A stretch of 64,000 bases of DNA from Amoeboaphelidium protococcarum X5. Its lineage: Eukaryota; Fungi; Aphelidiomycota. The position numbers and the translations under genes were made by a program. The stretch covers positions 2,188,217 to 2,252,216 of the forward strand of contig JALDTO010000266.1 of assembly GCA_023515725.1 (NCBI GenBank), given 5' to 3'. The first letter of the stretch is position 1; each line of letters opens with the position of its first letter. The notes under the pieces are model-generated. The model was given only the letters and a program-made list of their open reading frames with translations. It was not told the DNA's origin and did no database searches. Below are positions 13,969-26,646 of the stretch, one piece after another.

Positions 13969-16900
13969 TCATTTTTCAAGCAGAGTTACGGCTCCAATTT
14001 AACTCCTATCATCGCCTTCCTCCCTCTTAGGCAAACCGAAGTTATTGGTGTTAACATTGTGATTATCACCGTTATGGAGCATCATCTATTGTTGGAGTTC
14101 TTTAACTTTAGCTTACGATGCAATAGTCTGCTCCCGATGAAGTCGCTCAAACACATCCTTGTAATTGTCATAGTATGCACTTTGATTATGTGCTTCATCG
14201 GCACTTGATTCTCTTTCAGCTTTCGATTGATCAGCCATAGATGGTTTGAATTACTCTGCACCATCATCATCATCATCAATTCCGTTAGTGAATGGACTGT
14301 CAGATGACCAGGAGCGGCGTCGCATGTTCGCAGCAGTTGAAGCGGTTGGCTTGCGGACACGAGCAGGTGTCTTTCCCAGAGCAAATTCAATCGCGTCAAA
14401 GTCAGCCTGGAACTCCTCTAGAGTATTTCTTTTGTTACCAGCAGAAGCCTGTCTACTATGAGCTAGCATAACCTCAGACTTGAGAGTCGTCTCCAAAGCA
14501 GTTGTCTTGAGAGCATTCACTGTGCGTTTAAGATGGTCATTCTCCTTCTCAAATTATTAAATCTACAATGAGCGATTGCGATTCTCCAACTTCATATTGA
14601 TCACATCGTCCAGCAATAGTTCCATAAACCGCACACTCTCCATAGGATTGACGCTATGCACGACATTCACTGCATTCTCGTAACTCTACACAATATCAGC
14701 AGAGACATCTCCGTCCATATCTGAACCTTGAGCAATCTCCATCTGGGCACTCTTGATTCGATTGGAGAAGTAGTTGATTTCCGCATCGACAATGTCCATT
14801 CTGTTCTAGATTTCACCGAGCTATTATGTTACAAATTCGGCATTCGGATCATTTATTCCCAGGCTGAGTATTTGCAGATTAAGCTGGCCATACTCAGCCT
14901 CCAAGTCATTTCTTTCTTTAACCAGACTCTCTCGCTTACTCAGCAAATCTTCTACAACTTCATTCACCATTCTGCTATTCAGATACTGCTCCACCTCCTT
15001 ATCGAATAAATCCTTCTTTTGCGCAACGTTGGTACTAACCTCCTATTCTGTAATACTGTCCAGTGCGTTTTCATCATTAGCTATTCCCAGCAGAGACTTC
15101 CAGCTCTTCTTTGTATTGTCAACGGCGGCGGTGGCACTTGAGGTGGTGGACACATCAGAAGACTCGCGCTTCGACCGCACCATAGTTTTCGATCGCTTAG
15201 GAGACCAGAACCGTTTACTTAACGGACTATTAGTAGTTTTGGCTTTATTCAGGAATTGTCGCAACTTGCCTTGCAACTAGATCGATTCCTCTGTGCGCTT
15301 CTTCAACAGAGCTTTCTAGCTCTAATTACTACTTTCCAGCTTCTTTGTCTACTCAGTCAACTGCCTCTCCTTTCTCTTCAGAATCTGAATCTCTCGATCT
15401 TTCAACTACTCCTGCTCTTTAATCTTGGACTCCTTTTCTCTCAACGTCTTAATCATCCTGACCTTGTCTTATTTCATAGACTAAAGACTGGTCTTGAGAT
15501 TTCTAATCACACTCTCATTCTACTCCCGTTTACGCAGCAACTCCCGCTGTGTATCCTGATATCTCTTCCGATAATCACCAATCTCCATTTAAAGTTTTCT
15601 TACCTTCTCTTCATATCTCTGACGAATGATGCCATACTGAGCCTTGTCGCCTGAGGAGTCAGCCTTCTTCAAAGCCTCATCTCTCTCCCGCTCCACCGAT
15701 ACCATACTATCTTGAAGCATAGCAATTTTCTTCTCATAACTCTCACGCATGTGATCATACTCCTACTAGGTGGATTCCAATTAATGAACCAACTCTTCCT
15801 TGATCGAAATATCAGTCTCAATTTAATCAAGCATCCTCAGCATCTTGTCCTCATTCTCCGTAGATTCAAAAGCATCAAGATGGCTATTCTCTGCATCTGA
15901 ATCCATTTCAGAAACACCGATATCACTTTAACTTGCCTTAGGAGACATTGATCCGATCTACTTCTTATTCTACTGTACAAGCTACTACTCCCGCTTAATC
16001 TCCTCTTTCACCTTGTCGATAGTTTCGAGAACTTTGGCACTTGGCAGAGATTTAGAAGAAGTATATGCGGAGACTGACGACTTCTACTGACCACCAAACT
16101 ATAAGAGCGACTGTAAAGCATTCAATTCAGCTTGCAATTTAACAAACTGGCTCGACAGATTTTCATCCTCGAAAGACTGCGATTACTTCTATATGGCTGA
16201 CAGAATATCTTGCGCATTACTAAGTCGACTCTGAATTATACTAAGTTGACGGTCATTGATGGTCTAAACATCACTGACATTCTGAGACTGAGTAACCAGA
16301 TCAGATGAGCTAGGTAAGCGCTATGAGCCTTTTAAAGACATGAGCTCAATCTTGAGTCGCGCCACTTCAGCCCTCAGCTAATGCACCTCCATCGCTTGAT
16401 AATCCTGATTCACCATGACTCTATTCTTGATGTTCCTAGCACGACTAGCATAATTTAAAGTGTTCAAAGTCTCTCCAAAATTAGAATCGGCCGGACTAAT
16501 ACAAGCAATCATTAACGTCTGACTATTTCCACCTAAAGAATCCTGCAGCAAGCGCGTCAATTTACTGTCTCTGTACGGAACATGACTTGATCTATCGTTC
16601 AGAGCATGTATCACTTTACCCATAGCCAGAAGACCGCTATTGATAGCAATTCCCTCCTTGGCTCTATCTCCCGTAGCCTTGGTCTTCTTCATACGTTCGC
16701 TACCAGCCAAGTCCACAAAATGGAATTTACTACTAAGTCTAGTTTTTTGCTATTAATCTTGAAGTAGATTACTCTGATCATCCGATTACTATACATTATC
16801 CCCAGACTATGATTAAGGAATAAACTCCTACTGAAGAGTGATGGAGAAGATGGCGTGAGATCTGGATGATGTGAGATTCATATCAGTGCTTCCGGTAGTC

Positions 16901-17580
16901 CTGCACACGGATCCTTTATGGAGACATTGGAATACTTGATCAGCAGATGTCACAAACTCTTCTTTCACTCCAGCCCAATAAATTCCACCTTGGCCATCCT
17001 CACGAATATTTAACAGAGATCCGACTTTCTTCGAATTGCCGCCACCATTAGCAGATAGCAGTCTAGTCTATGGTGATAACAAATCAATCAATTCTTCATT
17101 ATAAAGCTCAAGAAAGCAGACTGACATTTTAAAGCTGTATGACGTGTCCTTAGACTATCTATCACTAATGTACTCAAATACTGACCGTATCGCACGAGGC
17201 ACTACTCCAACAGAGTCGAAACCATCATCGCCATTCAAACCATTGGTGTCTAACGATTATTAAGACTACAGTATCAAAGTCTCTAGTCCAGTACCCATCG
17301 TATACGTTTTACCACTCGAAGTCTGACCGTAGGCAAGAATAGTAGCATTGTATCCTTCATAAAATTTACTCAGAAGCGGAACCACGGCATTATCGTATAT
17401 CTGCGGCTGAGTACTAGTGGTAGAGAAGCAGTAATCGTATGAATAAGCTCGCGTAGAATCTAAAATTATTTAAGGTGGACTGCCGCCCATCACAGTGACA
17501 CAGTCATTACATTTAGCAGCCTATTCTTTACCAGAAAGAGGCCTGACTCTGACAGCAACCTTGACACTAGCTTCATCCAT
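13969..17580 (-). CDS. Kinesin-4/KIF21-like motor protein
   Basis: [76 protein letters not shown], then a long coiled coil and a DVFERL motif; ~1203 aa. Confidence 0.93.
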
Positions 17581-18352
17581 ATGTAATGTCCCAGAACTCC
17601 TGTAAATGTATAAATTGATACTGTAGATGAAGTTTTATAGGCGAAAAGAACTGAAAAAAATTCTTACACGAGGCGAAACAAAGAGCGGCTCAAGTGAGCA
17701 AGTGAGCGTAGAGTGGGAGAGAGAACGAGACTTACAGCGGCGTGCAATAATGAAGAGCATCCAGGGGCAACTGTTTCAACGCGTCTTTTCCTTCTTACTA
17801 TAGTACAGTGTAGAATACTATTTGTGGTTGAAAAATTAAACCTGGAACAGAATAACTAAAGCTATACACATTGATTGAAAAAGACAAATAAATTGGATTG
17901 TTCTGGTGGCGTATATGTTACATGATATGACGTTTATTTAGATAGCGCGCTTTTACTTCAGTATTTTCTTGTTGGTGTCAGCCATATGTAAAAAAAAACA
18001 AACTAATATCAATCTCGCTTTGGGATAATCATTGAAGTATTTTTACATCCACATTGTAAACTTTTCCATCGCTAGCACCTGCCCATATATCAGAATATAA
18101 TATTGTCGCGTCATTAATACTCAAATGCCATTTAAAGTATAGTCTACGCGATTTTGTGACACAGTCTGCTCTCTTTTTGGCCCCCCATTCGATAGTATCA
18201 CGTTTCATGACCTTTTAAATATCATGATCATCATCCGCGTGATATTTGTCACGCCTAAATTTTGAAATTCAGTCTCCGATATCTCTTACATCTAATCCTT
18301 ACCATTATTTAAAGCTAACACTTAGATTAAATAGAACATATATTTGAAAGCT

Positions 18353-19591
18353 ATGTAAAAGATGATGTACTCCACTCTGTTGGCATTATCAATCGCTAAT
18401 TTGATTCATGCCGCAACGTTACGAATACTTGATCATCAAACAATGGAAATTCCGATAAAGCTCTTCTATAAATCAACCGAAGCTGTTAGCGGTGTTGCTG
18501 ATGTCAGCATTGAACTCGACAAGGATGAGAGTACAAGAAGAGCCATGAAATACGTTATTGCTGGCCCCATGAAAGCTGCCATCAGTCCAATCGGTAGTTT
18601 GGCACAGTTCTTTGGTTGTCCCAATCTGATTCCTCATTAGAATATGAGAGCCGCTGTCGTGCAGCCGGCCTTGTATCAGCTCAAAGCTGATGGCATGCCT
18701 AAAGAAACAGATGATGATAGCCAATACACGGTAAATAAACATAGCGGCCATCAAGAATTCTGGAAAAGCAATTACAAAAGACCCTATAGCTCTTCCCGTT
18801 ACGTGTACTTAGTATTTGACTTTAGAAATGAGAGAAAAAAGTCGCTGTTATTAGAGACTTTTTAAGTGCAGATGAATAATCAATGGGGAAAGCACGATAT
18901 TGAATACTCTGTCGGATACTCTGACGTTATTCCGAAATATTTAGATAGATAAATGGTGTTTACTAAAGTCCGAATTAATTCTAATGGCCGTCCTCTGGAC
19001 TTGCTTCCCAGAGACTCTATTGCACATTCGGTGATTGTACTACGCGTTGAATTTTTAAAATGTGATAACCGTCATACTATGAAACCGCAGAAGCTGAACA
19101 TTCTGCATGCCGCATTCGAGTTGGTCAATGTGGTTGATAATCCAATGTTTTAGCCCGTTACGATTCAGCCCTAATGGTAAGTCTTCAATGACAGAGAGTT
19201 AGTGCATTTATCGAATTTGTTGATGCGATAATCTAACGCTTTAAAAATAATATGTCACCGACAGCCTGCATGTTCTATTAGCGGTAAGGTACGTGTGAGT
19301 AATGAAATCAATCTGGCTTCGCTTCAAGACTTGGATAGAATTGCGCAATTGGACATTTCTGTGGAAGAATTGGTGTATGAATGGGATGAGATGAGAATAT
19401 ATATGTTTTTTAAAACCATGGAGGATGTGCAGTTGGACGAGTTGTTGCCTACATATGTGACGCGATTGATTGTTAACGTGGTTTAGCAATCATCTGACCG
19501 CCGTAATTAGGCCATCTCAAGGCTCCTCTCTGCTATCCCTCCATATGAAACGTTTAAGAAGTTAAGGCAGGCCCTTCAAGAGTTAATTTGA
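18353..19591 (+). CDS. Secreted hypothetical protein (signal peptide, ~410 aa)
   Basis: Four ORF-track fragments join into one frame with TAR=Gln. Signal-peptide-like MMYSTLLALSIANLIHAA (start at 18353 or 18362); no recognisable domain. Confidence 0.75.
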
Positions 19592-19696
19592 AAACTAAAG
19601 CTTGATTAAAATAACATGATGAGACGCTTTTAAATGAATAGACAGTACGTAGATTATGAACATTTTCCATTTAATTTTTTCAAGTTGAGAGCAATT

Positions 19697-22342
19697 TCAA
19701 TCGCTGCGTGGAGGAGGTAGAGGAGGGTCCAGAGTGGATTCAGACATTAGCTCATGGCCAAAGTGACTCTACAGAGCATCCCAACCACCACTGAGAATAC
19801 TCACCTTCATTACGTTAAAATCATGGACAAGCAGTCGAGCTATTCTTTAAACCTTCTGAGCATTATCCCCCACAACGACTACTACTTTATCAGATGTAGC
19901 AGAACGCAAACTCGACTCATCTATCAAATCGGCGTCAGGAATGTTTATAGATCCGCGGTAATGGCTCTACTTGAATAGTAAGTCAGCTCTACAATCGATG
20001 ATACAGACACCATCACCCTCACCGGCAAGTTTAATAACATCTTAAATAGACAGATACGCAATAGGTTCTCCATCTGAGATGTATTAAGGCAAGCTCTGAT
20101 TGCTTTAATCAGCCACGATATACATACTTTAAGGGCATTACTTATACAACTCAGAGGCAGTGCTAAAGATTTATTCCATGTCGAGTCCAACAATTGAAGA
20201 TGCACCAACAAACTGCATACAGTCTGTAAAATCAGCCGTGAGTAGATTCTATCGTATTGAAGAATTATGCAATATTGCGAGACCAATAAACACAGATACG
20301 GATGAATGATCCATACCATGCGCCAGTATCATACTCCATAGCTAAATAGTTTTCTACAGAGGGAGAATGTGAGCAAACAGGGTGAGAATCCATGGGATGG
20401 CAAAGAGATCTAGAGTGAATCCAATATTATCCAGTGCAGTCGCCAATTATGGGTCATACCATGTTAACAAAACTTTCATTAAATGCAAATGTTCCTTCAA
20501 CACTTTACTATTATCAGATCTAAAGAAGCTATATAAATATCTCTGAATGAACTTATCAAAACAGACATACGCTGCACTAATATCAAAATAATGAAGTACA
20601 ACGAATGGGGCACAAACAGAGTCTAATCCTTGCCAGTAAACGAGGCCATTGTTACTCAGCATCCAAGCTTTGATAATCTACCGCAGCATACCACGACCAT
20701 AGTAAGAGGCTATTTGTTTATGATATGGATGGCATCTGGGGAGGTCAAGATCCAGCTACTTATCAACTTCCATCTATTACGTCGAGTCAACTTGATGAAA
20801 TTAGTCAGCGCACGATTACTGAATGCCCAATAATGCAGACCAAATCTATCCAGCCATAAATAATGGAATATCATGCAATTTACAAAAACGGTGTAATAGT
20901 ATGTTTGAATGCGGCAAAAACTATAGCAGTTTATGGTAACTTTAGACTAAATATAGCTAATACTGGCAGTCTTTCTATCTTTGTGCAAGAGGAAGCTCAG
21001 GCTTATCGATATTCTGAATGCAGATTTATGGCAGATTCAGGACAGTATCTCCAATAAGTATCTACTTGGAATCCCCAGAGACATCAATATCAACTTCATC
21101 ATCAGATCTAAAAAATTTAGAATGCTATAAAGTATCTGAAGCGGCGCAACTTTTATAAACTCTACTCAGATCTAAACAATGATCAAAAGTCTGCTTATCA
21201 TACAGGAGATAAGGATCAGTGCTTGAACCAATTTCTTGACCAAACTAATAGTACTACCGCCTACTATAAATGGGAGACTAGGAATTGAATTGAGTCTTGA
21301 TAATCTTTGGCATTCTATAAATCTTGTTCATTCTCTTTTAATTCTGCAGACCAGATGTAGCACCTCCACTAGATGTCAGTCGATACAAGTGCATACACAA
21401 TCTGTCCACTGTAAAAGGATCAACCGGACTTATAGCGGGAAGCTTTGATGCTTATATACTAGTAGATGACAATAAAAATTGCTAGATATCTCCAAGTGAA
21501 ATTCTATCTTTAATCGACACCACTAAACATTTTAGAATCAAATCTTTCACAACAGAGTGACACTCTATATTATCCAATTTTCTTTGCACATATTCAGACT
21601 GAAATTATCCAGATCTTAACATATGCAAGAGTTAATAGTCATTATTATTATCATCATGATCTTTTTCTCTACTTGAAGGATGATCAAAGAAAGGCTGACC
21701 AGAGGCAAGATTATAGGCCAACATGCCAAAAGCCCACACATCATCACTAAAAAGAGCATAACCATCACTCAATAACCTCTCTGGTGACATTAAATCAACT
21801 GATTAAATTGGAAATCTTATCCATTACCCATAGTTTGTACTAGAGTAGAGCCAGTAATTAGATAGTAAAATATTCTAGCCATTCCAGTATATACAATCAC
21901 CACTCAGATTACCATGAACCAAACCGTACTCATGCAAATGTAACAGCGTTACAGTTAATTAATTCAGAATAGTTAGGGTTTATTCATCTTCAATTCGTTC
22001 TTTAATCTCTGACAATTTCGTAAAGTCAGATGGAGGCTAACGGTAGATGAAATGCACATGGTTAATGTCATAATCGATATCCACCAGAGGAACCATGTAC
22101 TCACAGCTGCTAAAGTTGGCATTAAACAGCGAGCACGCCTGAGAGTAGACTACATTAACATAATTTATCACTCCAGATCCTCCAAGAGTAAGACCAATGG
22201 TAGAATGCTAGATCTATCTATCTGCATGTGATAACTGTTGCATAGTGTGATCTTCAGACTCTTCGTACTCTGCGTGCACACTCTGCACACCCAGCTCAAT
22301 CTGACACAAATCCTTATACTTTTCTTCCACCAAACTAATCAT
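19697..22342 (-). CDS. TBCK: TBC domain-containing kinase-like protein (pseudokinase + TBC/RabGAP + rhodanese-like)
   Basis: Degenerate kinase motif (LHLHEYGLVHGNLS), TBC LVYWQGLDSVCAPF, C-terminal VSILSGGWDAL rhodanese-like motif; one frame. Confidence 0.85.
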
Positions 22343-23482
22343 TATTTAAATCACTGGTTAATGAGGCAATTTAATACGATATTAATCTCTAAACTCGATA
22401 GGAAATAAACACTATACCGTAATACAACAACGGTAGTCAAAAGAAGTAAAAAGAAACGAAACCGTGTGAAAGCAAAAGGTTTGTGGTTCAGACTGGAACG
22501 AATTTACGGAGAGATTAGAGGTGAATTTCATTAACAATTATTTTGTAATTATATGATGTATTTATCATTCATCATTCGTTAAATTTCATAGACTACTTTA
22601 CATTGAAAGTCACCAATGATAGGAGTGTCACATAAGTTTCCCCTATGGCCATCATGACTCTGACGCGTCAAAGCCGTTCCTGGGGCTGGTCTAACATTTA
22701 TACCACACTGTTTCTTCTATTTTAGTTTAATCGATACAACGTTCTTGTAAGTTGTCAGTTGCATCCAACTTATATAGTATTAACTTTGAACTAACCGTAA
22801 GTATGCTCGATTACGGCTCACTATGACAGGCACCACTTTGAGTGGCCCCTCAAATAGTGATAATTTACCAGAGTTGAAACGCGGTCTCCTATAAATATAA
22901 CACAAAGTCTCCGTCAAATTCAGATTCGCCGTCTTTATATTCGTACACTTCTCTCCCTATTTATGTCCTTCACCATGACAAAAGCAACGGAGCAATCACA
23001 TTCAGTCAATAGAACTAAAATTCCATCATTGAAGATTTTACATCAAATGATTGTCGGCCAGAGAGGAATCAAAACAAAGCGCGATTAGTTGGCCATTCGT
23101 GTCGGACCACACATTGATTGTATTTAGATGCTTCTACCTGCAAATAATCGAAATGAAACTGGATAATTATAAGCGTAAATGCAGCATAATCATTATTCAT
23201 ATCGCCGAGCGAATGTGGGCTCACTGCGGCATGTCCCGCGTTCAACGCAGTTGCTATGGTAAGGGATGGACTAAACGTGCGCGTACCCAAACTGTTGCAA
23301 AAGGAGGAGTCCGATCGATGAAACGCGCGTTTCAGACATTCTGAAACAGAGGCACTCCGTTTCAGAGCATATCACATGACCATTGTAAAATGGAAACAAA
23401 CAAACAAACAATCGAACAAAACGAAAACTCGACCCCGCACTAATTTCTTATCCTCCTGGCTCTACACATCTACGAAAGGAAA

Positions 23483-24811
23483 ATGTCTATTGCTGGAGAA
23501 CTGTGCGACTTTAGTGATGCATCTAATGCAGAAACTACAACTACCACCACCACCACTACTACTACTACTCTGTTGGGCGCCACCACTGTGGTCAGAATGC
23601 GCTACTCTTCAGCTGCTTGTTGGGCGTTTCGATTTGCTCCACCTCCACCATCCCCCCTCATCTCCACCTCCATCCCACCCGAAACACCACAAGTACTGAA
23701 GATGTAGCATGGTCCTAGTAACTTCTTTACTTCTCTGCCTCCTAGACAAGTGCTGAACTCTGTGTCAGTGACGGGAGAGCCGGCCTCGAGAGTAGATGAA
23801 GTGAAAAGCCAGCAATCTGAGGCGACAGTGGTTACACGAGGCAACACTGGCTCTGGTTCTGGCTCTGCTGACTCTGCTCCGCTTCCTGTCGCTGCTCCGT
23901 CTGTTGCTGGTCCTCCTGGTACTCCTGGTCCTGAGTCTAGTGATGCCGCTCCTGCCTCTGCTCTGTGTCAGGTTATTGCACCGTTGATGCCTCGTGCTCC
24001 GGTGTTTCCGACTGGCGAGTTTCGATCTCCTCGTCCGGGATTCGGTGTACCTATGGTTGAATTGCGCTTGGCTGCACTGGGTAACAAGGAAATTCAGTAG
24101 AAGGCTGGTAAATCCAGTCGTGCTGACAACTTCTTTAAAGCCATGAAGTGTGGTCCGGCGTAATACATCGACAATGGGGAAGTCGATGAAAGGGTGAGGA
24201 AAGAAGCAACAGATAGGTGGTAGGCAAAGCTGAAGACTATGGGTGGCACTCGTCGCTTCTACCGTGTCTGGCATTCTGTCACCCCTGACAATCTGGAAGA
24301 CTTTGACATCCTTAGGGAGGCCAAGCCTGAAATGTTGCCAATGGACCAGATTGCAGCCGGTGAAGTAAAGAAGATGGTTCCTTGGTCTAATGGCAAGTCT
24401 TTTTATAGACGTACCACGATCGAGATCCCCTTCTTGTAGACTGCCTACTACGCAACGATGGACTTCTACATCAGGCGGAACAGAGCTGGTAAGTCGAATC
24501 AGGGTTGGTTTGCCTTGTGGGACTACTTTTAGAGGCTGGTTATCTCTGAGTAAGTTTATATCTATCTGTTTGCAATTCTCTCATCATCTATAATGCTCGT
24601 TTGTGTAGTTCATGAATTTGAATCTGGATGGCCACCTCTGCTCTGTTTATAGGATCGACTACGCAACTACACAACAACTACGACGACAACAACAGCTAAT
24701 ATACAACCAACGTAGTTTAATAAAAAAAAATACAAAAATACAAAAAAAATGAATACAAAAAATTAAAAAATACCAAAAAAAGGCCCTAGGCCATGTTCTC
24801 TAACCTGTTGA
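23483..24811 (+). CDS. Orphan hypothetical protein, Thr/Pro/Ala-rich, possibly spliced near its 3' end
   Basis: ORF fragments at 23483, 23750 and 24239 share a frame that stays open to TGA 24809-24811 under TAR=Gln. GTAAGT donor-like sites near 24489 and 24550. Confidence 0.5.
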
Positions 24812-26112
24812 ATGTGTAGGTACTTTACTGCTGCTGCGACCTTCTGGTTTTGGACTCCTGTGGACTTTGAGGACTTTATTTCATTGTATGGTAAGTGTAA
24901 TATATATTGAGGTGACGACAAGGCTTTGGTACGAGAAGCAAGTGGCGGACGTGATACATTCTCATCCATCGGTAAGATTCTACTACTTTATGACGTTGTA
25001 ACATGATTTTTATGCTGTCTCCATGTAGGATGAGTTTGTGATTGCAACTTGCTTCGCCCAGTTAAGGTTGCAGCAGGAAGGTAAGCTTGTATTATTCGTT
25101 GTTGTAACTTTCTATTCATTGTAGGTGTCATATTGCTCTGGTTGTTCTCACTTAGTCTTTTGGTCTATCTAATCTGTTTCCTTTGACTATGTTCCTCATC
25201 TCTTTTTCTCAATCACTCGCTGTTGGTGCATTCCTCTCTCCTGCACTGGTCTGCTCCAGGCACTCCCCTCCTCATGCTCAGCCTCTTTACTTGTTTCGCT
25301 GCGTTGCTTAATGGTTACCTGGTTATGACTGATCCTCTCAAGACTTCTCTGCTTCTGTCTAGCTTATGGTAAGTTTTAGCTCGGTCCGTCTATTCTGCTC
25401 TGGTCAAGCTCTGTCTCCCATCTCTGTCGCCTTCCTCTGTCCTCTTCTCGTCTCTTCTTCCTCTGATGTCTCCTGCTCTCTGCCTGGCTGGTGTATCCTC
25501 TTGCACGCGTTCCGTGATACCGTTCTATCCAACTGCACATTGTACCTTTACTGCCTCCTCTGTTGGTATCCTCTCTCTGTCTTCTCCCGTTGGTATCATA
25601 TACCTCTGTCTGTCTGTCTGTCTGTCTCTCTGCTGGCGTGCCTGTACCTCGCTGGATCACTTGGGATATGTCGAAAAATGATGGCAATTAAATTTTATTT
25701 CTTTCTCTTTTAAACATGTTATTTTGGAGCTTTGTTTTATCTTTTCGCATTTGAGTCTATTAGACTATCACACAACTACAGCACCACGGTCCAATCAATC
25801 TTGATTCACGTTCACCTTACCAACCTCAGCGTCGCCAACTTGTTCAAGAGAAGAATTGAAAGAGAAAGACACACATCCGCGTGTTCTGCTGAAACCTGGT
25901 CAAGGCGAAACTTCAACATTACATAGGCAGGCGGGCGCTCACAATCAAAGCTTCACTTGGCTGTCGATTGAACCAGTTTTGAAACAAAGTTTTATAATCA
26001 ACATCCAATACACAAGCGATACTATATAGAAGCAATGTAGAATCCAATAAATGTAAAGATTTATCATTAGTCTTTGTATTTAACATTCATCGACGACATT
26101 AATTCGAAGGAA

Positions 26113-26355
26113 TCAACCAGCAATGAGTTCATATAAAATCATGACTATATTGAGCAGGATGAGTGGAATCCTTAAAAGTGTTCGAATGGCATGCACCAGT
26201 GTAAGCAATCTGTACTTTACAGAATCAGAGTCGCGGGAATCCATCATTGACGCTGACCATCCAATTCGACTCAAAAATCTGTCTTCACTCAGAATACACA
26301 CAGCATTAGTGAGCATAACTATAGAGTAGAGTAGCGAAGTTATCGTGACTGGCAT
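26113..26355 (-). CDS. YOS1: Yos1/IER3IP1 ER-Golgi transport protein
   Basis: LTNAVCILSEDRFLSRIGW...VHAIRTLLRIPLILLNIVMILYELIAG. Confidence 0.93.
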   Translation of the reverse strand: MPVTITSLLYSIVMLTNAVCILSEDRFLSRIGWSASMMDSRDSDSVKYRLLTLVHAIRTLLRIPLILLNIVMILYELIAG

Positions 26356-26646
26356 TATGTGTTAAAGTTATTATTACTAACTTTTATTACACTACGAGGT
26401 TAAATCTTATACTGGCAGTGATGTGCAATTAACAAGTGGAGGAACGGAAGAGACGCGCTTCAAAGAACGAAATGTTGTATACATTTCCCTCTCGTTTCCT
26501 TTAAGAGCTAAAGAAGAAGATTCTAACGCTTTATTGCACGTGTATACCGTATTACTGGACTACTTAATATTCTCTTTAGAAATTTTTATAATTTTGAATA
26601 GTGCTCCAAGTACTTTTTCAATCTTCTATAGTCTATTAATCAAGAA

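Noticed and set aside
22560-23350. Possible coding fragments between TBCK and the orphan ORF
   Set aside because: The frames I traced hit TGA within short distances or lack a start codon, and no motif was recognisable.
25376-25687. Arg/Glu-rich minus-strand ORF
   Set aside because: Explained by the CT-rich low-complexity composition; no domain evidence.
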